64,000 bases of DNA from an uncultured Verrucomicrobiae bacterium (GCA_963756875.1 CAVWPA010000003.1:1088001-1152000), one strand, 5' to 3'; positions 38,449 through 47,208 are shown, counted from the stretch's first letter. Notes: generated from the letters alone by a model not told the origin. Numbers and translations: made by a program.

Positions 38449-38871
38449 TAAACACGAATGGACACGAATGACGGAAAGCTGGTGGCCAAAGAAGAGGTGT
38501 TTCGCATTGTCGGCTGTGCGATCGAGGTTCTTAACGCGCTTGGGCACGGCTTGGTTGAAAAGCCATACGAAAATGCGTTAGCGGTAGAGTTTGGTCTGCA
38601 AAATATGCCTTTTCGGCAGCAGCCTTCGTTCGACGTTTTTTATAAGGAGCATAAGGTAGGTCTCTTCATTCCCGACTTAATCGCATTCGACACCGTTGTG
38701 GTGGACACAAAGGTGATTGATCGAATCACCGATCATGAGCGTGGATTGATGCTGAACTACCTTCGAATCACGAATCTGCGCGTTGGAGTTGTCCTGAATT
38801 TCAAACGTCCCAAACTAGAGTGGGAGAGAATTATTTTATGAATTTGTGTTCATTCGTGTCCATTCGTGGTT
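38440..38871. mobile_element. Candidate element: GxxExxY gene flanked by 30-bp imperfect inverted repeats
   Basis: 38440-38469 AACCACTAATAAACACGAATGGACACGAAT versus reverse complement of 38842-38871 AACCACGAATGGACACGAATGAACACAAAT (25/30 by eye). Confidence 0.55.
38458..38841 (+). CDS. GxxExxY protein (PD-(D/E)xK nuclease superfamily)
   Basis: GLVEKPYENAL, IPDL...VVVDTK, LNYL, GVVLNF. Confidence 0.92.
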   Translation: MDTNDGKLVAKEEVFRIVGCAIEVLNALGHGLVEKPYENALAVEFGLQNMPFRQQPSFDVFYKEHKVGLFIPDLIAFDTVVVDTKVIDRITDHERGLMLNYLRITNLRVGVVLNFKRPKLEWERIIL

Positions 38872-40574
38872 AGAGATCTAGGCGGCGGGCCGTCGTAGCC
38901 ATGCTTGACCGGATCGATTCGCCGCATCGGTTTCTCGCGGGTTTGTTCTTCGATCACGTGTGCCACAAGTCCGGGAGTTCGCGCGATCATGAAGATTCCG
39001 TTGAACGCCGCCGGGTCCATTCCCAGATCGGCAAGGATGGCGCCGATCGCGCCGTCTACGTTGATCGGCAGCGCTTTTTTCGCATCGGCGAACGATTTCT
39101 CGACGGCTCGCGCCGCTTTCATGTGCGCTCCGTCGACGCCGGCCTTCCGCGCCAGCTCGAACAAACGTGCCGTGCGCGGGTCCCTGGTGTGATAGCGATG
39201 GCCAAAACCCGGCATGCGGTCGCCGCTCTCTCTCATCTCCGCCAGAGTGCGTGTAGCCGCTTCATCCATTGAAATGGATTCGCACGTGGCGCGGTCCGCG
39301 ATCTTTTTTAGTTGTCGGGCGCAATCTTCGATCGCGCCGCCATGATGACGATTGATCGACATGATTCCGGCGGCGACCGACGCGCTGAGCGACGCGCCGG
39401 TGGACGCAACCGTTCGCGCGGCCAACGCGCTCGGCGGCGTCGCGCCATGATCGATCGACGATACCAGGATCGCATCCATCAATTGTCCGATCGCGGGCGA
39501 CGGCAGTTCGCCGGTCAAAATTAAATACACCGCTGCGCCAAATGAAACGCGTCCCATCAGATCGGCGATGTCATATCCGCGCACGGCGACCCGGTTCGGT
39601 TCGATTTGCGTTACTGCGGTGTTCCAGACCGCATTCTTGTCAGTTTCGCTCATAAGACTCTGTCCTTTCATTTGCTTGAGAATTTCAACCACGGCATCCG
39701 GCAGGTCGCCGAACGCATCGACTACGGTGGCGCCTGCTTCGCGCAGCGCTTTCACTTTGCCAGCGTGCGTGCCCCGACCGCCTTCAATGATCGCTCCCGC
39801 GTGACTGAAACGCGTGCCTTCGCGTGCCGCTTTACCGCCGATATACGCAATCACCGGCTTCGTCATTTTTCGATCGCGAATCAGTTGCGCCAGTTCCTCT
39901 TCCTGTGACGAACCAATTTCGCCAAAGATGACGACGGCTTCGGTGAGCGGGTCGGCTTCAAACATCAGAGCCGCGTCGGGGATACGAATTCCAAGAACGG
40001 CGTCGCCGCCAATGTGCGCGATGGTTGAAATGCGCACGCCGGCTTGCCCGAGATAGTAGCCGGTGCTCGAAGCCATCCCGCCGGATCGACTGATCACGCC
40101 AACACCTTTCGGAATGCCCGGCTTGAACCATTGCTTCGCACTTTCGGCGCGACCGCCGATCATGCCGGCCACGGCCTTGCCCGGGCTCAACACTCCAAGC
40201 GTGTTCGGTCCCAGAAAAATCGCGCCATTCGCTTTGGCCGCGGCGGCGATCTCCATGGCGTCCCATACTGGAACGCGATCGGGCACGAGCACGGTCAGCT
40301 TGATTCCCGCGTCGATGGCGGAAATTGCCGCTTCCTTCACACCCGCGGCGGGCACAAAGATTACGGAGATGTCGATTTGGCCGAGAGCCTTTACCGCGTC
40401 CTGCGGCGTATTGAACACGGGCACGCCGAAGACGGCCTGTCCGCCTTTACCCGGTGTGACGCCGGCGACCACGTTGGTTCCGTACTCGCGCATGAGGCGC
40501 GTGCGCGCCCGGCCTTCGCGGCCAGTGATTCCCTGCACCAGGACGCGCTTGGTTTCGTCGATTAAAATTGCCAT
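38850..40574 (-). CDS. SucD-like CoA-ligase alpha domain fused to a citryl-CoA-lyase/citrate-synthase-like domain (AclA-like)
   Basis: VLVQGITG, GVTPGKGG, GPNTLG, SRSGG, phospho-His FSHAGA; C-terminal DHGATPPS, HHGGAI, PGFGHR, INVDGAI. Confidence 0.9.
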   Translation of the reverse strand: MAILIDETKRVLVQGITGREGRARTRLMREYGTNVVAGVTPGKGGQAVFGVPVFNTPQDAVKALGQIDISVIFVPAAGVKEAAISAIDAGIKLTVLVPDRVPVWDAMEIAAAAKANGAIFLGPNTLGVLSPGKAVAGMIGGRAESAKQWFKPGIPKGVGVISRSGGMASSTGYYLGQAGVRISTIAHIGGDAVLGIRIPDAALMFEADPLTEAVVIFGEIGSSQEEELAQLIRDRKMTKPVIAYIGGKAAREGTRFSHAGAIIEGGRGTHAGKVKALREAGATVVDAFGDLPDAVVEILKQMKGQSLMSETDKNAVWNTAVTQIEPNRVAVRGYDIADLMGRVSFGAAVYLILTGELPSPAIGQLMDAILVSSIDHGATPPSALAARTVASTGASLSASVAAGIMSINRHHGGAIEDCARQLKKIADRATCESISMDEAATRTLAEMRESGDRMPGFGHRYHTRDPRTARLFELARKAGVDGAHMKAARAVEKSFADAKKALPINVDGAIGAILADLGMDPAAFNGIFMIARTPGLVAHVIEEQTREKPMRRIDPVKHGYDGPPPRSLTTNGHE

Positions 40575-42143
40575 TTAGCGCGTGCCTTCCGCTGTTTGAC
40601 GACCCCGAAAGCTTTCGGGGCCAATCAACTTGTCGAGACTTGGAATCTCAAGTTCGAGATAAAATCCGTCGACTCCAGCAAGCCGACACTCAACATCGCA
40701 TGCGAGCAACTCGGAATCTTTTGTAGCGAACTCTTCGCTCGGCAATGCAGCCGCAGGCACGCCTTTCCGATCCACGATCAACCCACCCGAGTGGGTCTCG
40801 ACGGCCGCGCGAATTTCGTTCCACTTCGAGGCATCGATCCATACCTGGCCGCCTTTTACTGAAAATTTGGTAGCCGATGAATTTTTGACGAACTTCGGCA
40901 TACGCGGAGCGCGTGGTTTCCATTTCGTGCCGTCTGCGCTGGCGACGAGATCCGCAAAACGCTCGGCGATGAAGGCTGGAGTGTCGGTTTTGCGATAGCC
41001 CTCAAGCGGCGCGCGAAGTAGTTTCGACATTCGCTGCAAAATATCCACGGCGCGATCTTCGGCGTTGCCGCCTAACCGAATTACCGCGGGAATATTCAGG
41101 TCAAGTTCCCAAAACGCCTTGGCCAGTCCGTAAGCGGACCAATATTGTTCCTGGCTCGCGACGCCCGAGCCCGACCCGAAATATCCGACGAGATCAGGTT
41201 GAGCCAGAATGATTCGGCTGGCGCGATACACTTTGGACGCGGATGGATTGCCGCTGGTGTCGGTGAAATTGGCAATGGTGAATCCCGCGTTCACGATGGC
41301 GTCCATCGACATCATCGACCCGCCACCGCCGGCGCCGTGAAACCCGGCAAGCCCTTTGGAACCCTTTGGGCATTCCGTCGCCAACTGCGCAAAATAAAAT
41401 GTGCCGCGATGATCGCTTTGTTCCACGGCGTAAGCCACGCGCTCAAGAGCCGTGGGCGGATGATCGAATTCTCTGGCAATTTCAATTCCAAGATCAGGAT
41501 GTCGCGCCACCGCGTAATCGTCGATCGTGATCCGACAATCGGCGGCGACGAACTCGTCATTTTTCGTCAGCACCAGCGGGTTGATCTCCAGCGACCTGGC
41601 TTCAACGCTACGGGCGGCGGCAAATAATTTTCGGATTGAATCGGCCAGTTTGGCCGCTTGCGCCGTGGAAAGTTTGCACGAAGCGACAGTTTCGCTGACG
41701 GCCGAATCGAGTGGGCCGCTATTCACGTCGCAGGGAATACGCCGCGTCGAAGCTGCGCGTTCTTCGATTCCAGTGCCTCCTCCGCCGGCAAAAATAATTA
41801 CCGGAGCGCGGGCGGCATCATCGATCGCTAACGAAAGAAAGAATTCCCGGTCGATGTCGAGCTTCTCTTCCACAAGAACGGCATCGACCGGAAACTGTCC
41901 AACCTTCATCGCCAGCATCCGCGCGGCGTGATCGCGAATGTCGTTTGGCTTTTTGGCGAACGCGACCCCGCCGATGCCGGCGCGTCCGGTGGTCCAGGCC
42001 TGAATCTTGACGACTACTTCGCCGCCGAGTTCCTTCGCCGCCGTCACGGCGTCATCAGCGGCAAAAGCCGCCCGGCCGCGCGGAATCTTGAATCCGCTCC
42101 GCGCAAGAATGGCTTTGCCTTGATATTCGTGAAGTCGGGCCAT
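40575..42143 (-). CDS. ATP-grasp CoA-ligase beta subunit (SucC/AclB-like) with C-terminal extension
   Basis: MARLHEYQGK, VVKIQAWTTGR, LEINPL, GAGGGGSM, ANFTDTSGNP, VIRLGG; abuts the alpha gene. Confidence 0.88.
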   Translation of the reverse strand: MARLHEYQGKAILARSGFKIPRGRAAFAADDAVTAAKELGGEVVVKIQAWTTGRAGIGGVAFAKKPNDIRDHAARMLAMKVGQFPVDAVLVEEKLDIDREFFLSLAIDDAARAPVIIFAGGGGTGIEERAASTRRIPCDVNSGPLDSAVSETVASCKLSTAQAAKLADSIRKLFAAARSVEARSLEINPLVLTKNDEFVAADCRITIDDYAVARHPDLGIEIAREFDHPPTALERVAYAVEQSDHRGTFYFAQLATECPKGSKGLAGFHGAGGGGSMMSMDAIVNAGFTIANFTDTSGNPSASKVYRASRIILAQPDLVGYFGSGSGVASQEQYWSAYGLAKAFWELDLNIPAVIRLGGNAEDRAVDILQRMSKLLRAPLEGYRKTDTPAFIAERFADLVASADGTKWKPRAPRMPKFVKNSSATKFSVKGGQVWIDASKWNEIRAAVETHSGGLIVDRKGVPAAALPSEEFATKDSELLACDVECRLAGVDGFYLELEIPSLDKLIGPESFRGRQTAEGTR

Positions 42144-42180
42144 GATTGGAAGGTATTTGGATGATCCTAGCGGAATTTTC

Positions 42181-42329
42181 GGGTAGCGCACGCGTCTCGC
42201 GTGCTGGCGAGCGCGTCCTCGCGATCGCGAACTTTTTCCAGTAATCATTATTGGTCACTTCAGTCCAATCAAAGAAAAGACTGTTTCGGCGAGACGCCAA
42301 AACCAGCACGCGAGACGCGTGCGCTACCC
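42181..42329. repeat. REPIN/MITE-like palindromic element, family A
   Basis: GGGTAGCGCACGCGTCTCGCGTGCTGG...CCAGCACGCGAGACGCGTGCGCTACCC in the divergent intergenic region. Confidence 0.85.
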
Positions 42330-42409
42330 AGACACCTGACCTTGCGGCTTGATCTTATTGATCGCGGATGGCGGGCGTAATAGTGTCGATCCAACCGAAG
42401 GCGCGCTGC

Positions 42410-43585
42410 ATGACCTCAACCTCGCTCGATTATTACGGCATTGAAGAGCTTTTGAGCGACGAAGAACGCGCGGCGCGCGATCGGGCGCGGCGTTTTGTGC
42501 AGGATGAAGTAATGGATCAAGTCGTGCCGTATCATCGGGCGGGCAAGTTTCCCGAACATCTTACGCCGCGCATGGGCGCGTTACGTTTCTATGCGCCGTA
42601 CTTAAAAGAACACGGCTGCGCGGGGCTGAGCTACACGGCCTACGGCTTGATCATGCAGGAGCTGGAACGAGCTGACTCTGGCCTTCGTTCACTGGCATCG
42701 GTGCAGGGCGCGCTTGTCATCCACGCAATTCATTCCTTCGGCACGCCGGAACAGCACGCGCAGTGGCTGCCGGGACTGGTGTCGGGCGAACGCGTTGGTT
42801 GTTTCGCGCTGACCGAACACGGACACGGCTCGGACCCTGGCGGGATGGAAACCCAGGCCAAACGCGATGGCGATCATTATGTTTTGAACGGCAGTAAGTG
42901 CTGGATCGGTAACGCATCCATCGCGGACGTGAAAGTCGTGTGGGCGAAGGACGACGACGGACGCGTGGGCGGATTCATTGTGGAGAAGGATGCTCCCGGA
43001 TTCCGCGGGCAGGACATCGAGGGAAAGTTCAGCTTGCGCATGTCGCGCACGTCGGAGTGCTGGTTCGAAAACTGTCGCATACCAGCGGAAAGCCGGCTGC
43101 CGAAGGCGAAGGGACTGCGCGCACCGCTGTCGTGTCTTTCACAGGCGCGGGTGGGCGTGGCGTGGGGAGTGATTGGCGCGGCCATCGATTGTTACGAAAC
43201 GGCGCTGGCGTATGCGAAATCGAGAGAACAGTTCGGCCGTCCAATTGCCGGGTTTCAACTGGTACAGGAAAAACTTGTCTGGATGGTGCAGGAGATTACC
43301 AAGGCGCAATTGTTAGCGCTCCGTCTTACTCGCATGATGGAAAAAGGCACGGCACGTCCCGCCCAGATTTCGCTGGCGAAGCGGAACAACGTGTGGATGG
43401 CGCTGGAATGCGCGCGAAAGGCGCGCGACATCCTAGGCGCCGCGGGTATCACGGATCGCTATTCGGTGATTCGCCACCTCATGAACCTTGAGAGTGTCTA
43501 CACGTATGAAGGGACGCACGACGTCCACGCGTTGGTGATCGGCCACGACATCACAGGGCTCGACGCCTTTGGCGGCTCTTCATGA
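42410..43585 (+). CDS. gcdH: Glutaryl-CoA dehydrogenase-like acyl-CoA dehydrogenase
   Basis: ELERADSGLRS..SVQGAL, GCFALTE..HGSDPGGM, KFSLRMS, AKRNNV, HLMNLESVYTYEGTHDVH. Confidence 0.82.
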   Translation: MTSTSLDYYGIEELLSDEERAARDRARRFVQDEVMDQVVPYHRAGKFPEHLTPRMGALRFYAPYLKEHGCAGLSYTAYGLIMQELERADSGLRSLASVQGALVIHAIHSFGTPEQHAQWLPGLVSGERVGCFALTEHGHGSDPGGMETQAKRDGDHYVLNGSKCWIGNASIADVKVVWAKDDDGRVGGFIVEKDAPGFRGQDIEGKFSLRMSRTSECWFENCRIPAESRLPKAKGLRAPLSCLSQARVGVAWGVIGAAIDCYETALAYAKSREQFGRPIAGFQLVQEKLVWMVQEITKAQLLALRLTRMMEKGTARPAQISLAKRNNVWMALECARKARDILGAAGITDRYSVIRHLMNLESVYTYEGTHDVHALVIGHDITGLDAFGGSS

Positions 43586-43598
43586 TAGACTGCGCGAT

Positions 43599-44111
43599 AT
43601 GAGTCACATGGATTGGGACGCGATCAGCGCAATCTCGCAAATGATTGGCTCGGTTGCGGTAGTTCTCTCCGTCCTTTATCTCGCCTTTCAAGTGCATCAA
43701 AGCACGCGCGTAGCAAAGTTGGCCGCGCAGGATGCTGCGGCAACGTCACTCCGTGAGGTGACGAGACCGTTTGCTGAGAATGCCGATCTGGCTCGGGTTT
43801 GGCGAATAGGGCTTGAGGATTTGCAATCGTTGTCGGCGGAGGAACAGGCGCGTTTCTTCCATTCCACTTATCAATTTCTCAAGGCATTCGAAACGATTCA
43901 CTTTCACCATATCCATGGAGTGATGGACGAGCAGATCTGGCAAGGATGGTCCGGCCTTCTTCAGCACTACATTGCGTCTCCCGGGATGGATCATTACTGG
44001 CAGCTGCGTCACGATCTTTTCTCAGTTCGGTTTCAGCAGTTTATCCATTCGCTCGAGCGTCCGACTGAGCGCCGCACGGTTGGTAATCTGTTGGGGCAAG
44101 AGAATCGGTGA
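43599..44111 (+). CDS. Hypothetical membrane-anchored protein
   Basis: MDWDAISAISQMIGSVAVVLSVLYLAFQV N-terminal TM followed by a helical domain. Confidence 0.7.
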   Translation: MSHMDWDAISAISQMIGSVAVVLSVLYLAFQVHQSTRVAKLAAQDAAATSLREVTRPFAENADLARVWRIGLEDLQSLSAEEQARFFHSTYQFLKAFETIHFHHIHGVMDEQIWQGWSGLLQHYIASPGMDHYWQLRHDLFSVRFQQFIHSLERPTERRTVGNLLGQENR

Positions 44112-44181
44112 GTCAGGAAAAGGTTTGTCGAACTCCTTCCCATATCACAGCGCTGGATGCCTTCGGCGGCTGACGATTGAA

Positions 44182-44256
44182 TTGTAGCCGCGGCGCTCTG
44201 TCGCCGCGTTGAGAATAAGCTGAGGATTACGCCTCGACACAGCGAGGCGGCTACAG
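44182..44256. repeat. GTAG-type REP doublet
   Basis: TTGTAGCCGCGGCGCTCTGTCGCCGCG...CGCCTCGACACAGCGAGGCGGCTACAG. Confidence 0.75.
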
Positions 44257-44301
44257 GAGTTGGATGACAGCGCGGGAAGATTCGTTAAGTTATTTGGAGC
44301 T

Positions 44302-45537
44302 ATGAACCCAGTTTATATTCTCGGCGGCGGGCGCACGGATTTTAAGCGCAACCTGAAGAAGGAAGGCAAAGCCATCCGGCACGTGATTGTCGAGGCCGGA
44401 AAAAAGGCGATCGACGATGCGAAGATCGATCCCGGGGAAATTCAGGCGGGCGCGGTTGGAAACTTCAACTCCGGGCAGTTCACCAAACAGCTGCACCTTG
44501 GCGCGTTTATTCCGGAGATCGACCCGAAGCTGCGCGGGATTCCCACCATGCACACCGAAGCGGCCTGCGCTTCCGGCGCGCTTTCCGTTTTGCTTGGCGC
44601 GGAATGGATCATGGGCGGTATTTACGACGTAGTGCTGGTGGTCGGCGCGGAACAGCAAAAAACGATGTCGGCGCTCGATGGCTCCGATGTCCTCGGCGCG
44701 GCGGCCGATTATCACAACGAAAGACCGGAATACGGCGATTTCATGTTTCCGAAATTGTTCGGGAAGATCGCGCAGATTTATATCGAAAAGTACGGCGCAT
44801 CCGCAGCGGACCTCGCGACGGTGGCGTGGAAGAACTACGCGCACGCCAAATTGAACCCGCTCGCCCAAATGCGCGACGCCGATGTGACTCTCGATTATGC
44901 ATCGCAGGTCTCCGATAAGAACCCGTGCGTGGCGGCGCCGCTGAAGGTTTCCGATTGTTCGCAGATCACCGACGGCTCCGCGTCGGTCGTCCTCGTTTCC
45001 GGGAAATACATGGAGAAGATCGGGCGCGACAAAAAGAAAACCGCGCGTCTGCTCGGCTTCGGTCACACCACCGATTATCTGGCGCTTGATAAAAAGGATG
45101 CGCCGACTTTTTCGATTGCGCGGAAGGCGGCTGAGAAAGCGCTCTTAATGGCGAACTTGAAACCACGCGACATGAATGGTGTGGAAGTGCACGATTGTTT
45201 CTCGATTACCGAAATTGTTGCTTATGAACTCCTCGGTCTGGCCGAGCCGGGGAAAGGGGCAGAGCTGGCCCGGAGCGGCGCGACGGCGTTGCCGCAAGTG
45301 CGCAATGAAAAGATGCGCGGCAAGTTTGCGTTTGAAATTCCGGTGAACGCGGGCGGCGGATTAATCGGTGATGGTCATCCGGTCGGAGCGACCGGGGTTC
45401 GACAGGTTGTGGAAGCCTATCAGCATCTCACCGGGCAGGCCGGTGCCCGGCAGATCCCGAACGCGAAGCGTTTCCTGACCTTCAACATGGGCGGCAGTCT
45501 TACGACTTCGGTGGCCATGGTCTGGGGACGTGAGTAA
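44302..45537 (+). CDS. Thiolase (acetyl-CoA C-acyltransferase, SCP2-type)
   Basis: EAACASG, DCSQITDG, EVHDCF, GHPVGATG. Confidence 0.9.
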   Translation: MNPVYILGGGRTDFKRNLKKEGKAIRHVIVEAGKKAIDDAKIDPGEIQAGAVGNFNSGQFTKQLHLGAFIPEIDPKLRGIPTMHTEAACASGALSVLLGAEWIMGGIYDVVLVVGAEQQKTMSALDGSDVLGAAADYHNERPEYGDFMFPKLFGKIAQIYIEKYGASAADLATVAWKNYAHAKLNPLAQMRDADVTLDYASQVSDKNPCVAAPLKVSDCSQITDGSASVVLVSGKYMEKIGRDKKKTARLLGFGHTTDYLALDKKDAPTFSIARKAAEKALLMANLKPRDMNGVEVHDCFSITEIVAYELLGLAEPGKGAELARSGATALPQVRNEKMRGKFAFEIPVNAGGGLIGDGHPVGATGVRQVVEAYQHLTGQAGARQIPNAKRFLTFNMGGSLTTSVAMVWGRE

Positions 45538-45567
45538 AGCAAAGAGGGCGCTGCCGGCGGCAGGAGG

Positions 45568-45900
45568 CTATAGGGAAGCTTGGGCGCGGAGTTTGGTGAC
45601 GCGATGCTTGACGACTTCGCAGCGTTTCCGCTCGCGGGCCGCCTCTGATTCGGGGAGGCACTGAGCCTGATACGGCGACCGTGCGGGCTTCAAGCAGCTC
45701 TGCACGAACTCATTTGCCACCGTCACGCTGTCCAGCTTGGCCTTTGCTTTGGATTTCTCGGCTTCGGCCAACAAATTGTCCCGGATGGCTATGAACGCCC
45801 GGATTTCGGTGATCGCCCGGCTGGGCTCCTTGCGTTCAACAGTTTTTGGTACGCGAGTTTTGGATCGGAAGACTGGTGCGGTTGAGGTGGCGAGAGGCAT
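45568..45900 (-). CDS. Hypothetical protein
   Basis: 110-aa ORF filling the intergenic space; no family recognised. Confidence 0.5.
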   Translation of the reverse strand: MPLATSTAPVFRSKTRVPKTVERKEPSRAITEIRAFIAIRDNLLAEAEKSKAKAKLDSVTVANEFVQSCLKPARSPYQAQCLPESEAARERKRCEVVKHRVTKLRAQASL

Positions 45901-45994
45901 GCCTGCCAAAAAGCAGTTTCCGTGCTGACTTTAGGTCGTGCCCCGCGCCCTTGAGTCGCCGTCTCAGAGCTGCGAAGTCAGATTGCCTCTGACG

Positions 45995-47017
45995 TCATTT
46001 CATCCCGTAAACGAGGAGATGAAATGTGCCGGAAACATACGTCGGCCAACGATGTTCGGCCGGCGATGCGTCGGGTCGTTTCGGTTCAATCGTCGCCGTC
46101 GCGGTATAAATACAATGCGTCGATGGGTCGAGCGCCATCGTCCGCGCGCCGCGTTCGGTCGGGAGCGTTTGAACAACCGAGAGTTTGCCGGGCGTTTCCT
46201 CTTTCGCGATCGTTATCGTGCCATCGCCGCAGGATGCAAACGCGAGCTGCGTTGCGTCGTCAAACGCGCATGCGTCCACGCCGGCGCCAATCGGAACGGT
46301 TGCCACAATTTTCCCCGTGTCGCTATCCAGCATCGCCATCAGTTTGTTGTGGCAGCCGACAAACAAGCGATGATGCGTCCGGTCGATTGCCATGCCAGTA
46401 GGTTCCTCGCCTGGCGCCAGCGGCCAGGTTGCAGTCACGGTGTGGCTCCGTGTATCGATGACGGCGACCTCGCTCTTGTCTTCGATATTGCAAAAAACCC
46501 GGCCGCTTGTCGGTTCCGCCACCGCGAATTCCGGTTTCCCAGCCAGTGGGATCGTTGCCACGACCTTCGCAGTTTCGGCGTTAATGACGGTCGCCGACTG
46601 GCCGCGCCCGTTGAATGTATAAACTTCCGCGTGGCCGGGTTCATATAAGATTGCGTCCGGATTCTTACCGGTTTCGACTTGCGTGATCGTCTTGAGCGTT
46701 TTCAGGTCGACCACGGATACCCGCGCCTCAGCGCCATTGCTCGAAAACCCCCGGGCAAACTGCGGGGCAATTGCAAACCCGTGCACGCCCGGCGTATCAC
46801 GAATTTCACCGGCCACTGCATCGTGCACGAGGTCCATGACTACGATCCTGTCGGAATGCGCCACATAGAGTTTCTTCGCCGCGGCATCGATCGACAAGTA
46901 ATCCCAGCCACCTTCGCCTCCTAACGGGATACTTTTGAGAAACTTATATTCACTTTGCGGCTGGGCGGCTTCGACTACGGCAAGGAACAACAGCCCGATC
47001 ATCCAATGCGGTTTCAT
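45995..47017 (-). CDS. YncE/YVTN beta-propeller secreted protein
   Basis: Signal peptide; GGEGGWDYL, TPGVHG, NPDAILY, GKPEFA, GARTMALD. Confidence 0.88.
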   Translation of the reverse strand: MKPHWMIGLLFLAVVEAAQPQSEYKFLKSIPLGGEGGWDYLSIDAAAKKLYVAHSDRIVVMDLVHDAVAGEIRDTPGVHGFAIAPQFARGFSSNGAEARVSVVDLKTLKTITQVETGKNPDAILYEPGHAEVYTFNGRGQSATVINAETAKVVATIPLAGKPEFAVAEPTSGRVFCNIEDKSEVAVIDTRSHTVTATWPLAPGEEPTGMAIDRTHHRLFVGCHNKLMAMLDSDTGKIVATVPIGAGVDACAFDDATQLAFASCGDGTITIAKEETPGKLSVVQTLPTERGARTMALDPSTHCIYTATATIEPKRPDASPAEHRWPTYVSGTFHLLVYGMK

Positions 47018-47208
47018 GTGTGTCTGCTAACCTCGGTCTGGCCAAATGCGCAATCAAATTCAGACGGCCTGCCAGTTTTTGGTTTCTCAAAGCAGCTTCG
47101 AGGAGCCTTAGCTCGCAGCGCGTCGCCCTGTTCACTTTTCAAACGGTGTAGCCATGCAACCATGTAACCATGTAAGTATGTGGCGGTGTAACGATTCAAT
47201 CTCTTGCA

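Noticed and set aside
38850..42143. Calling these genes sucCD or evidence of rTCA autotrophy
   Set aside because: The alpha subunit carries a lyase domain, the substrate loop is atypical, and no other rTCA genes are in the window
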